Assembly: GCF_000143415.4 (NCBI RefSeq) | Contig: NW_003314275.1 | Span: forward strand, 2,337,419 to 2,401,418 | Source: Selaginella moellendorffii | Taxonomy: Eukaryota > Plantae > Lycopodiophyta | Reading direction: 5' to 3' | Length of the DNA stretch: 64,000 nucleotides | Part shown: positions 26,393-38,650 of the stretch, in pieces | Layout of the letters: each line of letters begins with the position of its first letter | How positions within the stretch are numbered: the first letter of the stretch is position 1 | The notes under the pieces: generated by a model | What the model was told of the DNA's origin: nothing | The model's database searches: none | The model's input: the letters and a program-made list of their open reading frames with translations, nothing else | Made by a program: the position numbers and the translations under genes

Positions 26393-29212
26393 GCTTCCTT
26401 TTCCAGCTACTCAAGCTCATATGGGTATGTAATTATCCTTTTTTTCTGCCATCAAACATCTTCTGTCTTGGGGAATTGCAAGCTTGGCAAGGCCGCCTTG
26501 GGAGAGAACGTCAAGACACAGATCGTATCTTCAACTTGAGCTCTTCAAGCTCTCGTATTGCAGTTGTTTGTTGATTTTTCTTGTTTGTATATAGAGGCCT
26601 GCATTTCTGTAGACGAGTGAGAGAAGCACGATCTTTCTGCCGAGGTAGTGTCTCGCGGAAGTTGCAGATGGAAACTTTTTCAATTTTTGTGTAGTTGTAT
26701 CCGTGCCCCAAAGGATCTCGAGTCCATCGTGCGTTTGTGAAATCGTCTGGAGGCAAAGAGCAGTAAGTGATACACTCTTGTCTGTAAAAAATTCTCATCG
26801 AATATGACAGGTTTCCATTTCTCTTGGATCCAAACACCGGCGTGTCAATGTACGAGAGCTGTGAGTAACTTTCTCGTTTTCTTTCCATCACAATCAGCTT
26901 GCATGAATGCCTCTGGCAGCCGATATTGTCAACTACTTGTTCCAGGAATATGGTGAGAGAAGCAAGCCAACATTCGGGATTTTAGAAAGGTAAGAAGTTT
27001 TATTGAAGTGTAAACTCTTCGGTATTTCATCATAGTGTGTTCCAGCAATTTAGTCACTGGCTGGGTGCCGACAATAATACGAGCAGGGGGAGGCATGTCA
27101 CTGTGGAATGGAGCATTGCCAAATCCTCCACAGAAGCTACTTGAGCTCTACTCGAACAACCATGTAAAGCGCTTTGTTTTCAAAGAATTCTAAAAGTTTT
27201 TGGTAGTTTGCAAGGCTCGTAAGAGAAGCCCTGTGCGAGCTGGAACTTCCTTACATCCTCTGGAACACGGGCAAAGGGTCACTTAATTGCTCCAAGCTCA
27301 AGCAAATCTCGGGTTCAACACAGGTAACCTTTTGGTCTATCTTTTCCCTTCATTATCATTGTCAAGAACAGGTTCCACTGGTTGATCCCAACACTGGCAT
27401 ACAAATAGTCCCCTATCTCTTCGCTAACTATAATTCGAACCGATGCAGATTTTCCTATCAGCTATCATCATGTTCACTCCATTGAGTGGTACTAATAGTG
27501 TATCGCGCTTTTCTCCCAAGAACAGGGAAATGGCAGTTGCTACCATCAGCAAACGGAGGTACCAGCTAAACAGCAGTGTTCCCACAACTATGGACTGGTT
27601 GGCTTTCTAGAACGTGTACGGGTGATCTGTACTAGAGAGAGAAAGAGTTTAGGGTAGGCATTGTTTTTGTACCCCATTTTCAAGAAATGAGGCATTTGGC
27701 GCATCACCTGGTCGCTTTTCTGCTACCGCCGGGAACGAGCTCAAGGTTGGGAGGTATGGGTCATGATGTGGAGATCGTTCGTGATTTGGGGTCGTGTCCT
27801 TCTTGGTAGGAAGAGAGGAAATTCTGCTTCGCATGCATCCAGGATGTCCCTGGGGGGAGGGTGTGATGTCCTGGACTGAGAAAACCCAAAACGATGGCTG
27901 GGACAGCAGTGCTTGGGCAGAATTTGAGAGCTTTGGATGCGCACACAGTGGCTATCATCCCTGGACACATCGATGAAGGTCCCAGGCTGCATGTGGAAAG
28001 TGTTAAGTCTTTCTTTCTTGACTTCTCGACTCACTGACCAAACTTTTTGTGACGAGGTTTGAAGTTCTGGAGAGCAAGGACGAGCTTGATCTCATTGGAC
28101 AACAACCACCAGAACCGCTGCGGCAGTTTAACCAGCGCTTTCAGTCTTATATTCGTAAATTCGTCCTGTGTGGCGACTTGATACGGCTGTGCATCACTTT
28201 GCCAAGTTCCAGCCTTCTTGGATTGGTCCTTATCAGGTACTTTCTCGTGCTGGCACTAATTCGTATTGGCTAGCAGAGTTGACGGGCAGGAAACCGAGTT
28301 CATCTCAAACGGTATTTCTTTTGACTGGTACAGTTCACGTTTCGTTTCGTTTCTATTGTTTTAATGCTGTGAGTGTCTTTGCGAGAACTATTTTGTTACT
28401 AACAGGCCCGAACCTGATTCGGGAGCAGGACACTGTCTCCTGGGATAAGTTCTGTCCCATTCGCGATGCGGAGACAGCTTGTTGAGGGGCACGATCCTGT
28501 GGTACGTAATGCTTCTCTCTCCCCTGTCTCTTGAGGTTTCCAATCGTCACAGTTCTGAGGTGCATTCTTTGTCTCAAATCGCTAAGAATGTTAATCTGCA
28601 TTTCCTTGCTTTCTGTCATAACTGTTACATTTGAACTGCTTTCTATGTTTTCTTGTTCCGTGGTCTCGTTCGTCTAGTTGTGGCCTGTCGATAACAATCT
28701 TTCACTGGGGATGGCCAAAGCGCTTGGTCTCTCTGGCGTTGGAAAGTTTCATGGCGGTTGGTTCTCGTTGACAGTTGGCCAAGTCGCTTGGTCCTTTCGG
28801 CTTGTCAATCGACTGCCTACGACGGGCTGCTTCAAGGATGGATGAGACACGAGAAATTCATGTGTGATGCCTTTCTGTGCTTATTGTCTTTCTTTCATAC
28901 CATTGCCTCGGAGCTTGAACATCGATGCTACCTCAGAATCTTTGACTTTGGACCTCCAATCACTTGGGATTGAGACTCATTCGCCCCTTGAGAGTTGCAC
29001 ACCATCAACACTGAATCTCTTAGTATCTGCGCACTTGGGACGTGCTTTCCCCAGTGAGTCGCCAAATACGAAACGTACAGGAGAGTGTTATAAGAGGGTA
29101 GACATTCTTTGGATGATGTTAGTGCATAGGTCATGAAGGGAACCGCCATGGAGATGTGCTCCAGGTCGAGATAGCTTCGTGTCGGCTGGATATGCAGTGG
29201 AATGACTCCAGC
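26393..29212 (+). pseudogene. Duplicate 2 of the GST-N locus and its downstream region (copy of ~9249-12190); 5'-truncated with several exon deletions
   Basis: Long near-identical stretches with 9249-12190. It lacks the start codon and has internal deletions. Confidence 0.93.
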
Positions 29213-30989
29213 AGTTGGTTTTGCAACAAGCCTGGAGAATCTTTTTGTGGTTGAAGAATATATTTGTAATGAAGAGCAAGAGTCCAAATCTGCATCATTT
29301 ATGACAAAAAATCAATTATAATAGAATTTGATTACAAGCAAAATGGTGAGGAAGAAAAAGAATAGAAGTCCTAACTAAATTAAAAACTGATGAACGATTA
29401 ACCCGAATTTATGGATATTGATGGACAAGACAATATATTATTTTTGTATTAAATTTTTTCATTTGTATAAACTCAAGTTGTATAAACTATAACTTAAAAA
29501 TACTTATAAATAAACTTTCCTTTTATTAAGTTTCCCATCTAATTCATTTAACTCTAAAATTCATTGAGTTAAATTAAATTTTAGCATTATTTTTTATCTT
29601 CTATATTTTATAAAATACATTTAAAACTCAGAAGTGGTGTAAAATACAATTTAATATGTAAACACATACTAGGCAATTGCTACAAGGCACAAAACAAAAA
29701 TCCTCAGTTTATATTAACCAAATAAATAGGTCATTTATAAATAGTTAACATATAACTTAATAAACTAATAAATAAAATTTATAAATATTTTTTTAAGTTT
29801 TTTAATAAGATATTTGTAAATTTTATAACTAAATCTGATCTACATTCCATTCAAATATATCATATCAATAAATATTTTTGTAACACTATTTTGTATTGTC
29901 TTAAGTTGAATGCATCTATATTCGTAGATACAAATATTAGTTTTTTAGCACCTGATTATTTAGACATTTCATTAAATATCCAAATACTAATTCAAACACT
30001 TTAAAAAGGAGCTTCAAGTCACCAAGGGTAGTAATATGCTTTTTGCAAGCTAGGAATAATAGAGATTGTATTGTCACACTTTGAGATCATGAAATACAAG
30101 GATTCTATTTAGAGGAAGAAGTCCTTTGAATTTAATAACATATTTATTAACCATCATGAGATTTGATAGCTTGTAGGGATAATATTCCAAATTATTGATA
30201 GTAAGCATAAGTATGCAACGTCCTTTAGATGTTAATAGACTTATCTTAGCCTGCTAAAAAATCAATGCATAAGTTTGCTAAAATTTTGCCTTCAACTCCA
30301 CTTTCACTTGCTTTGTTATGTTTGAATGTAAACTTAGATAGTTTTCTATCCAAAAGTAGAACTTTGTCCATGACATTAAATAACTTCAATTTTTTATAGA
30401 GTTAAGTGAGGATGATATTTGACAATATTATTGTGATGATCTTGCAACACTTGTTTAACACTCATAGACTTGAAATGATAGTATGATTTGGTTCAACAAC
30501 CCAATCAAATTTTCTGCTTATGGTGTGCTGTAAGGTATATCTTTCCTTCACTTTATAAAGGATTATTTTTATTTTTTTGGTTTCTATCTTTTAGTAAAGG
30601 TCAAATAAGATGCATATGAACTTGTGTATCTGGAAAAGAGTCAGGAAGAGCTCTTGGCTGAGTTTTTACAAATTGAGTATAAAATTCAATATATAAAGTC
30701 TTAAAAATTGAAGAAATTAGTATGTATTACAGACAATTATAGGTTGAAGGAGTAGCTAGAGAGTATAGCTAAGCTTTTTACTCACAAATATAAATTTCTT
30801 ATCGCATGCTTCATTTTTCTCAATTACACATATTACTTTTGTAGTGAGTTAAACTCTAGATGATATGATTTACAATATCACAAAATTGATTTTTATATAA
30901 ATAACAGATAGAAATTCTAAAGTTCCTCAATATCTACTTGATGAACAGAGAGAAAAGACTGTTAGAAGTATTTGAGAACATGATAAGGA

Positions 30990-31305
30990 GGGTTATCTAT
31001 ATCATGTAAATTGTGAGTAGGGTCTTGGGATATTTAGTATTAGAGAGTGCAGTGCTTGGGGAGAGTTGCAGTTCTCAACTTCTCATAAAGGTGTGAATTT
31101 GTAAGGAAGTGTAGTGGATTATAAGCAACTAAAGAGAATAACTCGAGAAATGGTCTATAAAGATTCAAATATAAAAGAAAAGACTCATAAATAAAAATAC
31201 ACCACTTTTTTCCAATTAGTTAAAAGTCTTGAGTTATTTGGGGTTAAACATCTTTGGGTTTGAATAATACTAGGCTAGATGACTTCATAGAAAGTTCAAA
31301 TTCAA
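30990..31305 (+). mobile_element. Decayed Cassandra (internal domain plus 3' LTR)
   Basis: Aligns to 24100-24440 with dense G>A and C>T substitutions. Confidence 0.75.
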
Positions 31306-32053
31306 TGATAATGCAAGTGACAATGGAGATGAGGATAAGAAAGCTTCGAATCAAACTCATATTCCACCATCTGATAATCAGGATCAAGCTCTAATTTCAC
31401 TACCAAACGATCATATGATAGTAGCTTTTATTATTCATATGACTCTTCTATAGGTTTGTCCTGTTTTCCCAATAACACATTGAGGCATTGTGGGTGTCTT
31501 CATTAGCTCCTATAGCAGATTGTTAACATCTTTCACAAAAGATGACATAAACATAGAAATATAACATTAGTTCAACCATTAATGCTGAACAATATAAAAG
31601 CCCTTGAAAACTTTATTCTCTTCGACTTTGCAAATAGTCTTTAAATATTGATGGGAAAGTTGAGGACTAGAAACTTTCTCACACCTGACCACCTTGTGAT
31701 ATATTCTTCTTGTCATAAACATTTCTATTTGAAGTTGGCTATGTCATTTTTATCCTACTAAATGACCCCAACTGAATGTATGAATTTATGATGTGTGTAG
31801 CAGAAGTTTATTTCAAGTAATTCTACCCCGAATGTATCATGGATCCTATTGGCATCGATATTAGAGGCATTCAAAGTAAGTCTGAAAAGGTGAGTAGGTA
31901 TTTTATATTTTTATCTAATTTCTAAACTTTCTCATTTTCTAAGTTATGATGTGGACTATCACAAATGTTACTTTGGGTATCGAAAGTTACCTATTGATTA
32001 GTCCTTTTGGATATTCTTTCCTTACTATTATGACGGCAAGAGGTTGGTATTGC

Positions 32054-32377
32054 TAAACCCTTTTTTTCAGTCTCCACCTAAAATAGTTGAGAAACTAATC
32101 TTTGTGTGTGCACTTGACTAGCTAAATGAACATCAAGACGGAATTCCCAAGATGGAATTCCTAAGTGCTATTAGTCAAACATACTTGACTTGATTAGAGA
32201 AACTCATTCATTGACTAAACCCTTTTTTTCAATCTCCACTTAAAATAGTTGAGAAACTAATCTTTGTGTGTGCACTTGACTAGCTAAATGAACATCAAGA
32301 CAGAATTCCCAAGATGGAATTCCTAAGTGCTATTAGTTAAACATACTTGACTTGATTAGAGAAACTCATTCATTGAC
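32054..32377. repeat. Tandem duplication, 2 x 162 bp
   Basis: taaacccttttt...gaaactcattcattgac occurs at both 32054 and 32216. Confidence 0.85.
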
Positions 32378-32706
32378 TTGCACTTGCTAGTGTTGGGAAC
32401 CCTTGCAATATTGAGCTTAATCCTTCAATATTCGTCAGATGATAGTTTATTGTGTTTGACAAACACTTTCGCTATCATACATCTTGTGTTAGTACTATTC
32501 GGTTCTAAATACTATTTATGGAAAGTGTCTAGATATACTTATTTGGCATATCTACGGAATATAAAGATTGTCCTGACCACAATGGTGTTGGTCCCGTATC
32601 CAAATTCACAATCTAGAGACATTCCATATTTAGTAAGTTATGAGTTAGTTCCACAGACTAACTCTTGGTACTAAGGGTCAGATATGGTCAACCAACTTGA
32701 GGCATA

Positions 32707-32901
32707 TGTAAGCTCATGAGTTTGGACTTCTCGGGAGGTCACCCAACCCAGTACTATTCACACCCAATGACGCTTAACCCCAAATATCCCAAAACCCTTA
32801 ACTGTTTGGAAAAGGGGGGTGCACTCTTGTTCATGGGCCCTTTCCCTCTGTATTAGAACCCTATGGATCGTCTCTCAAGTCGTTCTCTTTGGTTGCTTAC
32901 A
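32707..32901 (-). mobile_element. Cassandra solo LTR
   Basis: Reverse complement of the 194-bp LTR including the 5S box. TSD GCATA at 32702-32706 / 32902-32906. Confidence 0.9.
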
Positions 32902-35900
32902 GCATAGTCTAGCTCCTGCTTGCGTGCCTATTATTATTTTGCATCTAGGTTAGGTATAAACCCAAGTTCTATACCATACTAGTTAATGGAGTACCCATAT
33001 CCTCGCATTAAGCCACTAGTATGCTGAAATAGTACCAAACTTCATTTAGCTCCATTTTGCGTGTTAGTCTTGGCATTGGGATATTAAATGCTCTAAGACT
33101 ATTTTTATGTTACTCCATGCTTCTGTCCTTTTACTCCTTGGGCTGAATGTTTGGAGTCACACTATGCTCCAGTTCTTTTGTTCCTTGGTTGCAAACTTAA
33201 GAGTTTGGCTCCATACTTACATTCAATGGCCCAAGGCTTTAAAACTTGGGTTCCACTCTGCTGTCTATTGGACATGTGGCATGTAATACATGGCATATGG
33301 AAGGTTTAGATTCCGCTTCATGGTTATCTCATGGTAAATCACTATAAGATAAAGGGTGAAAACCATATATACTATATTTGGTACCAGAGAATAAGTTTCA
33401 GTGAGTATTATCCAATGAGATTGGGCAATTGGTCTTGTTGCATATGCAGAGATGAAAATGATGATCTGAGTGGGTGTACATTTGAGTGCTATGACTTTGT
33501 AATATTTCTTTAGGTATGGATTTTGGTTACCTTTTTGTACCATATTATGTGAGCTTGTGCTTTGGCTTATAAGATGGATTAAAAATGTTCCGTTTGCACA
33601 AGTTTGAGCTGTGGCTCATGAATGAGGCACATTAGCAACTCAAGGTTACACTTTGAGTTAACAAGATTAATGTTAGCCTATTAGTGGTTACCATAAGTTA
33701 TTCTATGTATTATAGGTAAAATTAAACCTCCCTTAGGTTTGCTATGGGTGGTGAATATGCTAGTTTGTAGCTGTTTAGCATAGAATTAATGGATCCTTTC
33801 TAGGCATGATTATAAGTGGATAAAGCAAACTTGAGGTTTAGTCAAAATTGAGTAAAAAAAGAAAGTTATTAGGGATGAAGGATCAAACACATAAATCATT
33901 TTCTCTTTTGGAGAGATGATTTACAACAAAGTGTTAATTCATTGTTCATATTTACGTCATACAATCAAAAGTTCTTATTTTGATGCATGTTGGAAATTAT
34001 GGTCTTATAAGTGGTGAGTTGTGAAATGGATAGTGATGAAGTGCTAAACCATTTTGTTTAGGCTTGTTATTGAAAACTTAGATTGCAATACTCAATTCTT
34101 TTTAGGGGAACCTTGCTATTGTTCCTTGAATAGTTTGGTGTAAGATTAGTGTTGAGTTTGATCGGAAAAAGAGTGACATGAGCTTATTTATGTTGTGAAC
34201 AAAAGTTAGTGGTGTTCAGTATTGTAAATCCTTATTGGTGGAGTGTGGCATTTATATTACATTTTATTGAATCGAGTTGGCATTTGATACTCATGTAAAC
34301 CTTTGTAGTAGTGATATAGATGTTGCTTATGGTATTGCTCGATTAATGATCAAGTCATTATGATATTTATATCATATCCATATGATAATGAGTAATGTGT
34401 TTATGAAGTTGTTTGATTAACAATGATTAACCACAAAATGGTTGATAGTGAAGTTAATTTATTTGCTAGTAGTAGCATTGAAGTAGCTTTGACTAGATTC
34501 TCGATGGTGGTTTATTATACTAAGCTTGAGTTGATACCTTATTTCCTTAAGAGTTTGCCCATAAACTGTTAGAAAAGGTTATAATATTCACTTGCTATAG
34601 CTTGTTGGTTTATCCGTTAGCACTTGGAATAAATTGTTGGATAGAGAAGGTGTGAAGTTGAGGCACTAACATTGCTAGCACTTGTGCTAATGAAAGTGGC
34701 ATTATTGTTTTGAGTGATAAGGAATTTTTCTTGGAGCTTGATTTTCCATGTCATTTTTCTTGTTAGTGTTTTGGCTTCACATTAGATCTTGAAGATGATT
34801 GAAGAAGAGTGTTAGTACAATGTGGATATCCAAAAATGTGGTCTTCATAATCATGTCTTAGGTATTCATTTGCATTTTGCAAGTGATGGTGTAGGATGTC
34901 AGAAATATGGGCAAGATGTTCATACTGTTGGGTTATGAGAATTAATGTTGAGGTGAACTTTTGTAAAGTTGTAAGTAGGAGGAAGTTGGTTGAATTTTGA
35001 AAGTTTGTATTTCTAGTCATTCTTTCTCTAGAATGGGAAATTTTCCACAAATTTTCTTAAACTTTTTCAATAACTAATCTGTTAATCACTTTATCAGAAA
35101 ACCATTCCATTTTCGTAAGCTAGTACAAACTAGTGAAGGGGTTGGAGTTGAATATAATTAGCTTAGACTTTAGTAGGTAGTTTGTATGATGCGGCCCGAA
35201 AGAAATGTTGACTTCTTGGGGCTAAAAAAATTAAGTTGAATAGAGTCTGGAGTTGGTGTAGAAAAATGGCTATTGCACTTTTCTAGAAAGGTGACCCTTA
35301 TGCCTTTCTTTTGTAGTGTTATGCTTGGTGGTAAGTTGTACTTTGCATTTCATTAAACTTTATGAGAGTAGTGAATTCTCTCTAATCTTGAATTGGTCTT
35401 GATACCCTTGCGCTTTAGTTAAAGATAGTGATGTCTAACTTAGTTGTTTGAGGTTAAGGTGTTAATACCTGTATTATAACTTTGTCCATTAGAAGGTTGT
35501 GTATAAATATGAGTGTATTTTATGATTTTCACTTTAATTTTGACTAAGTATGATTATGTATAACTAACCTCTTCAAGGCATGCTCAAAGATATTGGTTAT
35601 ACACATTAATGAACTTATTGCGGTTGAGTTGGATTTGAGTGGTCATTTAATTCATGCTTATTCATGTACCTAGGGTGTTATGTTCAAGTTGAATAAATAT
35701 ATGACTCGATGGCATGAGTTTAGTATTTGGGTTTTGTGAAGGTAAGTTGAAGAATGATTATTGGTTGCTTTGCAACTAGTGATTGCTTATACACTTTGTC
35801 GAGGACTGCTAACACTTGCTTTGCTCGATGATGATTTAGCAGTGATAAACTTGCTTTACGAGATGTTACAGAGGATCATATTATGGGTTGCATGGATTTT

Positions 35901-37642
35901 CCATGTTAGCATATCAATTTTATCTTTATCGATATCATTTGGTTGCATTTAGTTTGGGGTATTGGATTTTATTGAGTTTTGGATGTGGTGAATAACTCCT
36001 TGATGATGTATTATTTGTAATTGAGTGTTATTAAAGGATTGGTCTTGAATACTAAGTATAATATCTTTGACTTTGATTATCTTGGTTGCTAAAGAGCTTC
36101 AAGTGGTGATTCACTTTTGCTTTTTTCTAGCTTTGTTCTGGTGTTAATTGCATTGAAGTGATGATTTATCGTTGAAATTCTTGATGTTAAGATTCGAGTG
36201 AAATGAGATGTCTCTCTATAATTTTGATATTGAGTTTCCTTAATCTCAATGCAGATAGTATTGATGATTTAGCTAAAGCTTTATGTTGTTAGCAATCGTG
36301 CATTAGCTAGTTAACAACTATGTTGGCGTTCAAATGAGCTAAATAGCAAGTTGAGTTAGTTATGTTCTAGACGAGATTATTTAGTAGGGGTTGAGCTTTA
36401 GCTTTTCCTTGAAAAGTGATTTAGTCATGAACTATGCTAACTTTACAAAAAGAAGAGTTAGCTTTCGATATTAAAGTTGGTGGTTCTTATCGATTTATGA
36501 TTCTTTTTGTATTTTTTATGATGATTTTTCTTGTACTTGTTATGAAGTGAGTTATGTTTTACTATAGAAAATGGATTTATGGAGGATTGGTTTAATAATC
36601 ACTTATTATGCTTAGCTTTTGGATTGATACAGATATACTATAGTTTTGCATTATAAAGTTTCACTTTTACATGTGTTGAGAAAGATGTTGTGGGTTGTAC
36701 CATGATTTCTTCTTTGGCATTGAAGTTAGTTCATGCAAGATTCGTGATCATTATTAGGGAAGACTTAGCTATAAGCTTCTTCGAGCTTTTGGTTCTTTAA
36801 GTTTTGTTATGCTCATTATTCTAATTGTTAGAAGTTGTTAGGGGAAGGTATTTTAGTTTATTAGCTTCAATGTTAAAGTTAGCTTCTGCATTTGGCAATC
36901 ATTGATGATGATTGACTATCATCTAGGATAGTTAATTATCTTTGTTAAAGGTTTTGCTTAATTATTGTTGATGTTGAATTATTGCCATTCTTTGGGATGG
37001 TGGATTATTTCTTGACAATGTTTATTTGCATTACCACATATTCTTTGTGGTTTGCTTTGGTTGGTCTCTTGGGGTTGAGATATTGATAAGATGTTGCTGA
37101 CACTTGCTTAAGCAACTTGAGTTCTTTAGTATGGTAAACAAAATTTTATATAGATTGGCTAATACAATAGTTATCATGAATGAGTGTTTGTTTACTCTAA
37201 CTGCCTATTTGCAGTAGTCTATCTAAACCTTACTGACAGGTTTATTTTCTTTACTTAGGAGGGTTGGGGCCTTTAGCTTCTCTCTCTATATCCTTGTAGA
37301 CAGAGGCATATCACACTTTTGTAAGTTGGGTGACACCTAGAGCAACAAGAGTGGCTAACTCCATTAATCATTTCCTTGTCAATGATGGTCAGAAGGTGTT
37401 GAGGGAGACTCTGGAAGGACAGAGAGGCCCCCGGACGGNNNNNNNNNNNNNNNNNNNNNNNNNNNNNNNNNNNNNNNNNNNNNNNNNNNNNNNNNNNNNN
37501 NNNNNNNNNNNNNNNNNNNNNNNNNNNNNNNNNNNNNNAGGACATCAATCTTCTCTAAAGGGGGGAAAGTGTCGTGAATGTGACTTCAGGTATCAAATGC
37601 TATCTGTCATTTAGTCCTTTTAGATATTCTTTCTTTACTACT

Positions 37643-38650
37643 TGTAAGCTATAAATTTTTCTTTTCCAATTTGCCAGCTTACCTCGTCTATCCGACCAAT
37701 ACTACCTTGGATTTTGCTAAGTTCCCTTGCCAAGGTTCCTGCCTATTATACTAGCTCCTATTTGGTCCTACTTGGGTTCAACTACTCACTGCACAAGCAA
37801 CGGAGCGTTAGCTATCTATCCACGGGTTCCCAAATCTTTCCCAATCCCCCTCCCCGGGTTAGACTGGACTTAAGGTTCGGCTACACTCCCCGCAGGCACA
37901 AGCAGCCAAGCACACCAAGCTTCTAGGTTCTTAACATCCCTTGGTACAACAAGACTTCCCTTTACATCCCAAGCCTTGGGTGCAACACTTGCTTCGGGAC
38001 ATCGGGGCGAAACATTAGGTACCTCTACCCCCCCACTTCTATCCTGAAGGGAAGGCCCAAGCCTCTAGGAAGGGTGAGGACTAATGAGCCATAAGGTACT
38101 TAAGTGGGGCACCACTCTATATGAGCCAAGAGCACTATAGTTGGTTCTCCTTTCGGGAGTGGGAGTTGCTCTTGAGAACTTCCTTGGGTGGCCCCTACAG
38201 CACCACCCGAGTCCATGCTCACTCCCACCCAAGGCCCCTTGGCCCCAGTCTCAACCTCAAGTCAGTTTGGAAGCACCACTAGAGAATTCCTTCAAGACTG
38301 GTTCTTGGACCTCACTTGACTTGTATTAGTACTCGGACTCGGTCTTGGACTCGATCTCAGACTCGATCTCGGACCCGATTTCGGACTCAGTCTCAGACTC
38401 GATTTTGGACTCAATCTTGGACCCGATCTCGGACTCGACTTCGGACTCAACCTCGGACTCGATCTCGGACCCGATCTCAGATCTCGGACTCTGTCTCGAA
38501 CTCGGTCTCGAACTTGGTCTCGAACTCGGTCTCAGAGTCGGGTTTGGACTCAATCTCAGACTCAGTCCCATCTGATGAACTCTTTGTCATTTCGGTTATG
38601 CTTTTAGGGATCCTTTAGCCTACGACACCTTGGGGAGTTGGTTCTTTACA
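37643..38650 (-). mobile_element. Probable 3' LTR (~1 kb) of the second chromovirus
   Basis: TGTAA...TTACA termini. A PPT-like GGGTGGTGGAGT lies next to 38650 on the - strand. No second LTR is present for confirmation. Confidence 0.55.
38310..38570. repeat. 12-bp tandem array (ctcggactcgat-like) within the LTR
   Basis: About 20 degenerate units; they produce the SDSI/RSRT periodic pseudo-ORFs. Confidence 0.9.

Larger units (their letters stand above)
29150..33375 (-). repeat. Inverted, diverged copy of the block 14309-16803 + 22409-23708, carrying the empty site of the chromovirus insertion
   Basis: Reverse-complement matches throughout, e.g. 30410-30520 vs 16691-16800 and 30000-30400 vs 22410-22810. 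The empty site AAGTG is at ~30404-30408. Confidence 0.85.

Noticed and set aside
26385-33400. Helitron or Pack-MULE carrying the LRR and GST fragments
   Set aside because: I could not identify TC...CTRR ends with a hairpin, or TIRs with a TSD, bounding the fragments, so it is kept only as a possibility.
38316-38618. Ser/Arg/Asp-rich repeat proteins
   Set aside because: They are translation artefacts of a 12-bp tandem array.
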